A program made the position numbers and the translations under genes. This document shows, piece by piece, positions 28,495 to 37,446 of a stretch of DNA of 64,000 nucleotides. Every line of letters starts with the position of its first letter. Position 1 is the first letter of the stretch. The DNA is taken from positions 64,001 through 128,000 of the forward strand of contig CAWGIE010000007.1 in the NCBI GenBank assembly GCA_963822585.1, written 5' to 3'. The notes below the pieces were generated by a model. It was not told the DNA's origin and made no database searches. It was given only the letters and a program-made list of their open reading frames with translations. This stretch comes from an uncultured bacterium. Its GTDB lineage: Bacteria; Auribacterota; Erginobacteria; Erginobacterales; Erginobacteraceae.

Positions 28495-28712
28495 CGGGGA
28501 GCTGAGTTGCCCGCCGTGAGGGGACGCGGAGCGGACCCTTCAGGCGGGACAACTCGAGCGGGTGGATAGGCGGCAGCGCCGTCTATTCACCCGGGAGAGC
28601 GAAGCTCAGCTCCCCGATAAGCGGCGAAGGGTTAAAAATTCCACCGTTTGCCCACCCTATTTATCTTTGTCTTTCTTTTCTTTTCTTCTTCCGCGGCGCG
28701 TTCGCCGCTTAT
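28495..28712 (-). mobile_element. ORF-less attC-inserted element, full copy
   Basis: Direct sequence identity to the other copies. Confidence 0.9.
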
Positions 28713-28775
28713 CGATAAGCTCAGCTGTCCGGGCCCGCACAGCGGGCCCGGGTCTGCTGGAGCGAGTGGTTAGAG
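28707..28775 (-). other. attC site, 69 bp; R' converted to GATAAGC
   Basis: R'' CTCTAAC matches GTTAGAG at 29320-29326. Confidence 0.85.
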
Positions 28776-28787
28776 CTTGATATAGAG

Positions 28788-29312
28788 CTACTCTTGTTTG
28801 TAGAGACTGACCCCCGTCAAGATTGCACAAACAAGCGATACGTACATTAATCCCAACAACATAGTTATGTTCGCTGGAGCAACAAGATTTGGGTCTCCCC
28901 TATTCTGAGCTAGAGCTAGCATCACCATTCCAATAGCATAAGGTATAATTCCTACACAAAGACTGAGCAACCCAACATATGCCAGTTTCAACTGTTTCTT
29001 AATTCTGAAATAATAATATACGGCAATTAGGGGCAGGAATGTTACTACTACGGCTCTTAGTTGGAATAATTCTTGGATTCTCCAATCAAATATCCAGAAA
29101 ATATTATCCGGTATTGAAACCCAAACATCTTTTGTCAAAGCCATCCTTGGTAAAAAGGTACCGTCTAATAGTGATTCGTCTGGAATTTCTTTTGGGGGAT
29201 GATACATACTGGAGGCTAAGTAATGGGTCGTAGTCACTACCATAACTAGGATAAGAGATGCAAATATGATAATTATCCGAATCAGATTCTTCACATCATA
29301 CACCCCCAACAC
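28788..29312 (-). CDS. Hypothetical four-TM membrane protein (cassette); start uncertain
   Basis: Hydrophobic segments; fills cassette. Confidence 0.72.
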   Translation of the reverse strand: MLGVYDVKNLIRIIIIFASLILVMVVTTTHYLASSMYHPPKEIPDESLLDGTFLPRMALTKDVWVSIPDNIFWIFDWRIQELFQLRAVVVTFLPLIAVYYYFRIKKQLKLAYVGLLSLCVGIIPYAIGMVMLALAQNRGDPNLVAPANITMLLGLMYVSLVCAILTGVSLYKQE

Positions 29313-29325
29313 AAACGGGCTCTAA

Positions 29326-29542
29326 CAGGGAGTTGAGTTGCCCGCCGTGAGGGGGCGCGGAGCGGACCCTTCAGGCGGGACAACTCGAGCGGGTGGATAG
29401 GCGGCAGCGCCGCCTGTTCACCCGGGAGAGCGAAGCTCAGCTCCCCGATAAGCGGCGAAGGTTTAAAATGCCACCGTTTGCCACCCCGATTTATCTTTGT
29501 CTTTCTTTTCTTTTTTTCTTCCGCGGCGCGTTCGCCGCTTAT
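29326..29542 (-). mobile_element. ORF-less attC-inserted element, full copy
   Basis: Direct sequence identity to the other copies. Confidence 0.9.
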
Positions 29543-29608
29543 CGTAGAGCTCACCCGCTTTTGGCCGCCGCATGGCGGGTAAAAGTCTGGTGTAGCGACT
29601 GGTTGGGT
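29537..29608 (-). other. attC site, 72 bp; R' converted to GATAAGC
   Basis: R'' ACCCAAC; relative of 24990-25061. Confidence 0.82.
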
Positions 29609-29612
29609 AATA

Positions 29613-30500
29613 TCAAGCACTTTCTTTTTCTTCTAAAATACCAATTCGATAAAGTAAGGGATCTACTAAAATAGTTTTTCCCGTGTTTTCTAACCAATGA
29701 TTTATCTCCTTTAAGAAATCACTAACTATTTTAGCGTATTGAGGGAGGAATTTTTCGCTGACAGTATATATATTGAGTAACTTGTCGTAATGATATTGAT
29801 TAAAATCTCCAAAATCAAAAACGATGTATTTATCTTCATCTAATGGTTTCAAAAGTATGTATCGATCTGGAAATTTTGTATTTTTCTCATTCAATTCTGA
29901 ACCTTTTTTAATCTTATAATCATTTGATATATCCCCAGTATCTTCATAGAAATCGTTTAGTTGACGTTGAATAAAATGGAACGCTCGAATTTCAAGTAAA
30001 ATTGCGATTAGTGAAATAATTTGATCATCATCTAAAATTTGGAGAATAAATGGGCTATCTAATATGGATTCTAAAGCTTTTTGACTAACTGACCAGTGAC
30101 GGAATATTTGAAATCCTAAATACTTATTATTTTTTAGAATATTTTTAATTTGTTCTTCAGTAAATGAAAGAAAAGAATTAAGACCTTTAAAGGAAAAATC
30201 ATGTAAATTATAAGGCTGAACAATTTTTGTAAGTTGTCTAACTATAGTCAATAATTCGCGATCGACTTGCATTTTCGCATAATTAAACAGCTCTTTAGTG
30301 AGTTTTTTCTTGGATGATCTTTTTGATAATTCATAAATAAAATATAATAGAGGTATTGCGATAAATGCGGCAGAAATGTTCTGGAGGAGAGCTTTATACT
30401 CTGCATAGTCTTTCTTCAAACCAGATCCAATAAACAATATTCCTACTCCGGTAAGTAAACATATTAAGTAGGGCCATAATTTGATAAATGCTTTTTTCAT
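29613..30500 (-). CDS. Hypothetical protein, two N-terminal TM helices plus soluble domain (cassette)
   Basis: Very AT-rich 295-aa ORF filling cassette. Confidence 0.8.
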   Translation of the reverse strand: MKKAFIKLWPYLICLLTGVGILFIGSGLKKDYAEYKALLQNISAAFIAIPLLYFIYELSKRSSKKKLTKELFNYAKMQVDRELLTIVRQLTKIVQPYNLHDFSFKGLNSFLSFTEEQIKNILKNNKYLGFQIFRHWSVSQKALESILDSPFILQILDDDQIISLIAILLEIRAFHFIQRQLNDFYEDTGDISNDYKIKKGSELNEKNTKFPDRYILLKPLDEDKYIVFDFGDFNQYHYDKLLNIYTVSEKFLPQYAKIVSDFLKEINHWLENTGKTILVDPLLYRIGILEEKESA

Positions 30501-30511
30501 TGACTCGCTTT

Positions 30512-30570
30512 CCCCAAGATTACTCTTCAGGCGTGGCCTTTAGGAAGTCGCTGGCAGGAGATTGTTGAGA
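30512..30570 (-). other. Degenerate attC site, 59 bp; R' CTTGGGG
   Basis: R'' TCTCAAC, imperfect stem, sits between two cassette genes. Confidence 0.55.
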
Positions 30571-30579
30571 GTCCCGTTC

Positions 30580-31440
30580 TCATTTAGTCCTCTCACGGGC
30601 GCCCTCCTTGAGAATCTCAATTGCCTGTGGAGCTAAGTCTCCATCTCCATCAATGAGGCCATGGGCCTCCATATCTTGGATGAAGCGTTCAGGAAGTTCG
30701 TCTCTGATCGCTTGGAAACGGCGGTTGATACGACTCGAGGGGGCACGTGTAACGTACTCCCGCTCAAGCTGGTCAATAACATTATTCTTAAGATAGCTGA
30801 CCATCTCGGTATCGAGTTTTCGATGGGATGAGAGCGACACTCGCTGACGCAATGCCTCCGCTCTGCGCAGACGGTGCCTGAGCAGCGCCATCTCTCTTCG
30901 GGCATCGCTGAGGGCCTTCTCGCGCTCGTCCAACTGTGCAATGAATTGCTCTTTCTCCTCATCCCTTAGTTGGGCTTTGGTTGCCAGTTGCTCGATGAGT
31001 TTCTCACGTTCGGCTAGCGCCTTCTTGAGTTCTTTCTCTTCTGCCTTCAGTTCCTTTTCTGCATCCTTCACGTTGAAGCGCTGAGGTAGCCTGTCCATAT
31101 GCTCTTGCATGACTTTGTAGCCCTGGTCGAGATGATCCAGTTTCTCGCCGAAAGAACTCTCGATTCGGACAAGTAACTCTGCGATCTCTTTCGTGAACCG
31201 GTACGTATGATTATAGAATGTGTTGCTCGTGTCGGTTGCCTTGAAGTAGAAGAGGGCAGCAAGCCCAACAGAAAATAGCGCCAGCAGCAGGGAGAGAAAA
31301 GCTGCAAAGTCGAATTGGAGCGAACAGGGAGTGGTAACCATCTTATAGGCAAGCACAGCCGTCAGCACAATTACAACGAAACTGCGAACGGCAATTGGCA
31401 CAAATGCCGGTTTCTTCTCAAGGCGATCTGTTTCTGACAT
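30580..31440 (-). CDS. Hypothetical protein, two TM helices plus long coiled coil (first cassette of array 2)
   Basis: RBS AAGGAGG; EKELKAEEKELKKALAEREKL coiled coil. Confidence 0.82.
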   Translation of the reverse strand: MSETDRLEKKPAFVPIAVRSFVVIVLTAVLAYKMVTTPCSLQFDFAAFLSLLLALFSVGLAALFYFKATDTSNTFYNHTYRFTKEIAELLVRIESSFGEKLDHLDQGYKVMQEHMDRLPQRFNVKDAEKELKAEEKELKKALAEREKLIEQLATKAQLRDEEKEQFIAQLDEREKALSDARREMALLRHRLRRAEALRQRVSLSSHRKLDTEMVSYLKNNVIDQLEREYVTRAPSSRINRRFQAIRDELPERFIQDMEAHGLIDGDGDLAPQAIEILKEGARERTK

Positions 31441-31458
31441 GAGATGTTTCCTCCTTAT

Positions 31459-31799
31459 ACCCAACAGATATTAGGTTGAAGGTTTAATATTGGAAAAATG
31501 CAGAATGCCCCAATATTGTAATAGACAGAATGCCTTGGTTAGACCGACATATTCATCAATCGAATTACTTTTAAGCAATGGTTCAAGTTAAAAGAATCAC
31601 GGCATCAGAACATATTGATTATAAGAATAACGGAATCACAAGGATGTTAACGTATATTTTGACAATCGAGATGAGGAAATCCTTGGTTTTATTTGATGAA
31701 ATCTCAAATTTCCCAAAGAGAAGCCGCCGCCTGCCGGATAAAAACCGGGTAAAGTGCCGATTGACCGGAAACATAATTGAACATTTGTAAATCCGGCTT
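31459..31799 (-). promoter_or_regulatory. attI-like site and array leader, copy 2
   Basis: Nearly identical to 27126-27466; CCTAATATCTG|TTGGGT. Confidence 0.65.
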
Positions 31800-31901
31800 A
31801 ATACCCTGAGCCGCCTCCGCCATAGCAGCGCAGCTGCGACGGCTGGAAAGGGTATAACATTTCAGCCCGGGGTTTCCCTTCGACTCCGCTCAGGACAAGC
31901 T
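31800..31901. repeat. Truncated REP-like element, copy 3, ending at a CCCTTCGACTCCGCTCAGG palindrome
   Basis: Matches 27467-27540; the same small palindrome is nested in inverted orientation at 20285-20310. Confidence 0.65.
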
Positions 31902-32005
31902 CCGACCCTCTCCCCTTTTAAAAAGGGGAGAGGGGGAAAGGATTCAGCATGGTTGAATAGAGATCGATCAGACAGATATTTACTCATACGATATGAAAAA
32001 GAACC

Positions 32006-32347
32006 TTATTTATTCGCGTAACCGGCTTTTTTCTCCGCCACCACTTTCGGCTTCTTCTCCAGCTTGATAATTTCCAAACGAATTGTTGCGCCAAGGGCAT
32101 TCGTTATTCTGCGCAGCATGCTCAGCGAATGGCCTTCATAGGAAGGAGATTCCAGGCGACTGATCTGTTGCTGTGAGGTGCCGGCTTTTCGAGCCAGCTC
32201 CTTCTGTGACAAACCGGCTTCTTTGCGTAATACCGCCAATTTCAGGGCTATGTCCCAGGCTTCACCGGCTTTTTTAAAGCGGGCGGCAAAATCGTTATTC
32301 TTCAATTGCTCTTCCAGATAAAGATCAAAATTTGTTTTGACTTTCAT
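32006..32347 (-). CDS. HigA-like Xre HTH antitoxin
   Basis: LRKEAGLSQKELARKAGTSQQQISRLE. Confidence 0.88.
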   Translation of the reverse strand: MKVKTNFDLYLEEQLKNNDFAARFKKAGEAWDIALKLAVLRKEAGLSQKELARKAGTSQQQISRLESPSYEGHSLSMLRRITNALGATIRLEIIKLEKKPKVVAEKKAGYANK

Positions 32348-32697
32348 GAAGAACACCTCGCCAACCATTCACTTTTCCTGCTCAAGGCTGATTCCCGGTC
32401 CCGCTTGGAGATTTCCCGGGCTTTGTTGCGAATACCATGAACCAGGATAATCCTTTGCCCTTTGCTGAAAAAATACAGCACCCGGGTGTTAAGTTTGCCG
32501 ATATGTCTCAATTCGAACAGGCCGTCACCTATCGGTTTAGACAACGGCTCCCGATGATAAGCACGGTTCTTTATTTTACAGAGGCCGGCCAGGATAATCG
32601 CGAAGTCGTCCGGATCGGATTCTTTGAGCCTATCTAAAAATTCCCGAACCGGATTTCGGCCGGTTTTCGATTCATAAAATTCTACTGTAAATTCCAT
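32344..32697 (-). CDS. HigB / Gp49-like RelE-family toxin
   Basis: VEFYE...NPVREFL, SKPIGDGLFELR, RVLYFF, IILVHG; toxin-first order. Confidence 0.88.
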   Translation of the reverse strand: MEFTVEFYESKTGRNPVREFLDRLKESDPDDFAIILAGLCKIKNRAYHREPLSKPIGDGLFELRHIGKLNTRVLYFFSKGQRIILVHGIRNKAREISKRDRESALSRKSEWLARCSS

Positions 32698-33063
32698 AAT
32701 GGCGCAACATCAATATTGTTGTATCTATTGGAGGGGAGGAAAATATTGTTTATCTTTAATCCCGCTTGAACGATAATAGGGCTGGAATTGGCTCAAATCC
32801 GAACTATCACCGTATGGTGCGCGTGTCCTCACGGACTAGGATTTGGGCCGTTTTATGCCCGGTAAAGGCCCGAAGCAAATATCCCTGATCTTTTGTGCAA
32901 GTCTATCGAGATTATTTCGAGGACTTTTCTATTCGATGTCCCCTTCATGATACCTTTCCTGAAGATTTGACTATGTCGTGTTTGTTGGGTTTATGTCCCT
33001 ATTGTCCCCATTATGTCCCCATTACATGTGAATCACGTTATTTGTCTCCATTGTCCCTATTGG

Positions 33064-33325
33064 GAGCGACAGCAAAGCAATCAAAATTCCAAGGAAACCG
33101 ATGAGATTGTTTCGTCGCTCTGCTCCTCGCAATGACTCCTTTTAAACAAGTTATTTCAGAGGTGATATACTAAGTTATTACTGAATTAGTCGGAAAAAAG
33201 GAGCTTTTTATTCCCCCTTTTCCTGATTTATTATTTCCTTCATTGCGTATGAGATGAAGCAATATAACGAATAAAAAACAAGGATTGCTTCGTCCCCCTC
33301 ACGTCGTTCGAGGCCCCGCAATGAC
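33064..33325. repeat. Two copies of a GATTGCTTCG...CGCAATGAC intergenic repeat; related copy at 44083-44165
   Basis: gagattgtttcgtcgctctgctcctcgcaatgac; gattgcttcgtcccc...cgcaatgac. Confidence 0.6.
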
Positions 33326-33572
33326 GTGTAATCTATTTTATGCTCTCCTTAATAAAAGGTTCACTATCGGATACAACATTCATTAATCGTCATTTTGTCC
33401 ATCAGTTTTGGCCGATTTTCGGCGCAGGGTGGTTGTAACCTATTGATTATTATGGTATTCCGCCAAAGTGGTGAACGGTTCACCACTTTCTTTATAACAA
33501 AGCGATCACTTTCCACTTAAGTGCATTCCCGATGTACGCTATGATACAGAAACTCTTATCTGGAGCAGGCGG

Positions 33573-34355
33573 TCAAAAGCAGAAGGTTAATGGGTCAGAT
33601 GGATAATTAAAAGTCAGTTTGCTCTTCTTGACGAGATCGGAGAATTCGATCTCATCCCCCAGTAATTCCTTGATACCAGGGTCATTCTCCGCCATTTGGT
33701 GGAGTAATTCCCGGTCACCGCTCAACCATTTTTCGTCAAGTTGATTGACCAGCTCACGAACCTGGGCTGATTGCAGCTTATCACGAAGAATCGCGCGATA
33801 TACCTTGAGCATCGCTTTATGGTCGGGGAGACGGTAAAACAATTTCAGATAGGCTTGTTTGACGGTCCCGTTTTCGAAACCCTGTATAATCTCTTTAGGG
33901 AACTTGTCGAAGATGCCGATCGAACGGACGACCGAGGTGTGGGACTTTCCTATCATAGTCCCCAGTTCCCGGTAGCTCTTGAAGTAGCCGGTCTCCCAGG
34001 CCAGTTTGTAGCCCTTGGCCTTCTCGAAGGGGGTGAGGTCGGCCCGGTTCTCGTTGATCGCCACCTGCCGGCGGACCGCCTCCTTCGGTGTCATCTCCTC
34101 CACGATGGCCGGAATGGTCATCCACTTGCGGCCTTCCTTCTCGTAGAGGGAACTGTAAGCGCGGTAACGCCGCTCACCGTCCACCAGTTCGTATTGCTCC
34201 TTTCCCACGGGACGGACAATGACGCGGACGAGGAGGCCGGTGGTGAGAATGGACTCGGCCAGCTTATTGAGGGCCTTTTCGTCGATGCTCTGGACGCGTA
34301 TGTGGTTTTCGGGAATGGAGATCGCGCTCAGGGGGATGTCTTTCAGTGTTTCCAT
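33573..34355 (-). CDS. ParB/RepB/Spo0J family protein (orphan, no parA adjacent)
   Basis: LAESILTTGLL..VIVRP, YELVDGERRYRA, ENRADLTPFEKA, HTH. Confidence 0.88.
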   Translation of the reverse strand: METLKDIPLSAISIPENHIRVQSIDEKALNKLAESILTTGLLVRVIVRPVGKEQYELVDGERRYRAYSSLYEKEGRKWMTIPAIVEEMTPKEAVRRQVAINENRADLTPFEKAKGYKLAWETGYFKSYRELGTMIGKSHTSVVRSIGIFDKFPKEIIQGFENGTVKQAYLKLFYRLPDHKAMLKVYRAILRDKLQSAQVRELVNQLDEKWLSGDRELLHQMAENDPGIKELLGDEIEFSDLVKKSKLTFNYPSDPLTFCF

Positions 34356-34609
34356 CTTACCCTCCCGGGTTTTTGCCACCAAGGCACCAAGACACTAAGA
34401 AAAGATATTATTATAATCCCTGTTCGCGAAGTAATGGAAACATTCGGGAGATGGATAGTGTAACAATTTTTGGGGGTGGCGGACAACCGAAAAGATGGTT
34501 GCCGCCTTATGAGGTGCAAGTGGATTGCCGGTGAACTTATTCACCCATCCCGGTAAAAACCGGGGGGGATTTGATGGGAGGGATACCCGTGACATACTAC
34601 ACGGGACGA

Positions 34610-35443
34610 TCAGGGGGTGGCAACGTCTTGCTCGGCGCGCTCGCGGCGGATTTTCTGGAACTGTTCATCCCGGCGGCGGCGGGATTCTTCTCCGGAAGCG
34701 GCCAGTTTCGGGTCGTTCCACATGGCGTTGTACTCGGCCAGGAAATCGTCGACCAGGTGCTTCTCCTCGGGGCCGGAGAAGATCATGATGTTCTCCAGGT
34801 TCTTGATCTCGGCCGAGCTCGACCAGTTGTAGCTCCCGGTGGCGAGGAGGTCGCCGTTGACGATTACCGCCTTGTGGTGCCAGATGTGCGACTTCTGGTG
34901 GAAGTGGTCATAGGCCGGACCGCCTTCCTGGTCGCTCCAGGACCACCCGGGATAGTAATGATACTTCACCTCGATATTGGGGATCGGCTTGCCCCGGAAC
35001 TGGCTCATCAGCTCGTTGTAGACCTTTTCTTCCTGGTAGGCCCGCTTTTCTTCATCCTTGATATAGGAAGACTCCCTCTTCGCCTCGGCCCGGTAATGCT
35101 CCTTGTCGCCGGAAATGACGTTCTCGATGTAGGGGATCATGGAGTAGTCCGAGTCGAGCATGCTCAGGTTGGCGAGGACCCGGATCTTGACGTCGGGGAA
35201 CTTGTGGCCGATCCGGAGGAGCGTGTCGGCCAGGCGGCGGGAGGTGAAGCTGAAGATGGCCACGTCGATCGTCCCCTGCCCTTCCTTTTCGGCCCGGGCC
35301 ACCGCCTGCGAGAAGCACTGGAGGATCTCGTTGGAGAGAGGGGTCTGGCTGTTGAAGACGACCCTGATTTCAGCCGAGGCGGAAGCGGCCGTGAGCAGGA
35401 TAGCCGTCAGCAGCAGCATAATGACGACCGGTCTCCTCATCAT
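34610..35443 (-). CDS. Secreted phospholipase D / Nuc-like protein, single HKD-like motif
   Basis: Signal peptide; IDVAIFSFT; HHKAVIVNGDLLATGSYNWS. Confidence 0.85.
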   Translation of the reverse strand: MMRRPVVIMLLLTAILLTAASASAEIRVVFNSQTPLSNEILQCFSQAVARAEKEGQGTIDVAIFSFTSRRLADTLLRIGHKFPDVKIRVLANLSMLDSDYSMIPYIENVISGDKEHYRAEAKRESSYIKDEEKRAYQEEKVYNELMSQFRGKPIPNIEVKYHYYPGWSWSDQEGGPAYDHFHQKSHIWHHKAVIVNGDLLATGSYNWSSSAEIKNLENIMIFSGPEEKHLVDDFLAEYNAMWNDPKLAASGEESRRRRDEQFQKIRRERAEQDVATP

Positions 35444-36120
35444 TTCCCCTCCCCGGGCGGCGGCCCTATCCGCCACCGCCCCATCGCCCAGAGACGTTCG
35501 AATTCTTCCTGGAAGGCTTTGACTACTTCGGGGCAGTTCCAGAAGAAGAACCGGTTCTCGTGGTAGATCAGCGTGGCCAGGCGGCTGATGTTGGCCGAGC
35601 CGTTGTAGCAGTCGGCGCCGTCGAAGATCCCGAACTTCTCGTGCATGGTTTTGAAGGGAATACCGGTAAGCTTTTCCGCCTTTTCCGGGTCGAGCACCTT
35701 GACCTCGATCATCGGCCGCTCTTTCGCCAGGTCCTCGATCATCGGATCGATGATCGGTTGTTCGGTGACGAAATCGGCGATTGACTCGTCGAGAAAGAGC
35801 CGGATTTTCACCCCCCGGCGGTTGGCGGCCAGGAGTTCAAAATACTCATCGGAACGGTTGTCCAGGATATAGGAAGCGATATCGATCGTCTTTTTCGCCC
35901 GGCGGATCATGTCCACCAGGGGGTTGCTCATGTTCCCGGAGGCTTCCTTCTCGCTGGTCAGGTCCGGCTGGAGGAGCATGATCTTCTTGTTGTAATTTTG
36001 CGGGGCCAGGCCGCCGGTGGGGCCGAAGAAGACCTCCGTCCGGCAGTGCGGAGCGGGTTCCCCGGCGAAAACCGGGAATGACAGCAGTGCGATGAATAAG
36101 ATAAATGCCGCGATCTTCAT
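35440..36120 (-). CDS. Secreted phospholipase D / Nuc-like protein, single HKD motif
   Basis: Signal peptide; RAKKTIDIASY; MHEKFGIFDGADCYNGSAN. Confidence 0.85.
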   Translation of the reverse strand: MKIAAFILFIALLSFPVFAGEPAPHCRTEVFFGPTGGLAPQNYNKKIMLLQPDLTSEKEASGNMSNPLVDMIRRAKKTIDIASYILDNRSDEYFELLAANRRGVKIRLFLDESIADFVTEQPIIDPMIEDLAKERPMIEVKVLDPEKAEKLTGIPFKTMHEKFGIFDGADCYNGSANISRLATLIYHENRFFFWNCPEVVKAFQEEFERLWAMGRWRIGPPPGEGK

Positions 36121-36234
36121 GCCGGATCATTATACCGAATTCACGCCATCACTCCAAAATCTTTTTACGGCAATAAATAATCTTCCTGCTTTCATCGACT
36201 TGCCGATTTGGATATTAAAAGGAGGAGCAAGCTG

Positions 36235-36408
36235 TGTAGTATCGCCCTTCCGCTTTGCTGCAGGGCTTGTAGGATCAGAATGCCTCCGGCATTCTTTGTA
36301 GGATTTGTAGGACCGCTTCGCTTGCAGTTAAGCAAGCCGTGCCTCCGGCACGGCGATACTACATTTACTACATCTCCTACAAGTCCTTCATGGAGTGAAG
36401 GACAATCC
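36235..36408. repeat. ~175 bp multi-hairpin repeat; inverted homolog at 41002-41173
   Basis: tgtagtatcgcccttccgct...gaatgcctccggcattc...gtccttcatggagtgaaggac. Confidence 0.75.
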
Positions 36409-36568
36409 GGCATAAATGAGCGAGCGCGGCGAGCTAATTTACCGTTTCGGAATTTCAATAATTTCGTAGTACAGGGCTTTTCCGCCCAATGCGGATCAGC
36501 CTCAGGCTGAAGCCCTGCCTAACAGGGGCAGGACTGAAGTCCTGCACTACGAAGTTGCGTTGGAAGCG

Positions 36569-37262
36569 CTAGCTTATTTCCATGAACGACTTAAATCGCT
36601 CAAACGGGGTTGCCGTGGGCAGGCCCCGTTTCTCCAGGTAGGCGATCACCGCCGGGTCATCGGTCCGGATGTAGGGGTTGATTTTCTTTTCGTCGCCGAT
36701 GGTGGAGACGACGGGGGGCGGAGAGTAGGCTTCCCGGAACCGGCGGATGGCTTCGTTCCCCGGCTCGATCTCCCCCGCCCGCCTCAGCGAGTGCTCGGTG
36801 TAATCGTGGCCGGGGTAAACCACTGTGTCATCGGGGAGCGAGAGCAGCCGGTCGAGCGATTCCCGGAAGGTCGGGAGCAGGCCGGGGGGGCAGTTGCCGG
36901 CGTTGGCGATGAAGAGGGTGTCACCCGTGATCACCCAGCCGTCGTCGGAAAAAACAGACCGAATCCGGGGTATGGCCCGGCGTCGGGATCACCTCGATCG
37001 TCTCGTCTCCCAGGGAAATGTTTTCTCCGCCGGCGGAGGGGACGACCCGGACGCCGAATTCGGCCGCCAGCCGCCGGTTGCCCGAGGTGTGATCCCCGTG
37101 GGAATGGGTGTTCCGGATCTCCTGCAGACGAAGGCAGTGCCCGCGCACGTAGCCGGCGACGAAACCGGGGTCGCCGGGATCGATCGCGAGCGCCTCCTTC
37201 CCGTCGTGAACCAGGTAGCCGAGGTTGTCCCCGCCGTACCCGAACTGCACCACCTGCAGCAT
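36569..37262 (-). CDS. gloB: Hydroxyacylglutathione hydrolase (glyoxalase II), frameshift in T-run near 36950
   Basis: THSHGDHTSG, TPGHT, TGDTLF, YPGHDY, STIGDEKKINPY across two frames. Confidence 0.82.
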
Positions 37263-37446
37263 CTCTCCTATTCCTCCTCTCTATACCTCATGCAATTCTA
37301 CACCATGAAGGACACGAAGAAAATGCATTAAGAGGTAAGGGGTCAGAACAATATCTGTTTCATCTTCGTGATCTTCGTGTACTTCGTGGTCATCATTGTG
37401 GTATTTTTCGACAGGGAAATTTACTAATGCAGCAAGAATCGTTTCA

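Noticed and set aside
20372..31465. CRISPR array interpretation of the repeats
   Set aside because: Repeats are 58-217 bp, separated by whole genes, have attC architecture, and no cas genes are present.
34610..36120. One frameshifted two-domain PLD gene
   Set aside because: The downstream ORF has its own RBS, start and signal peptide with an ATGA overlap.
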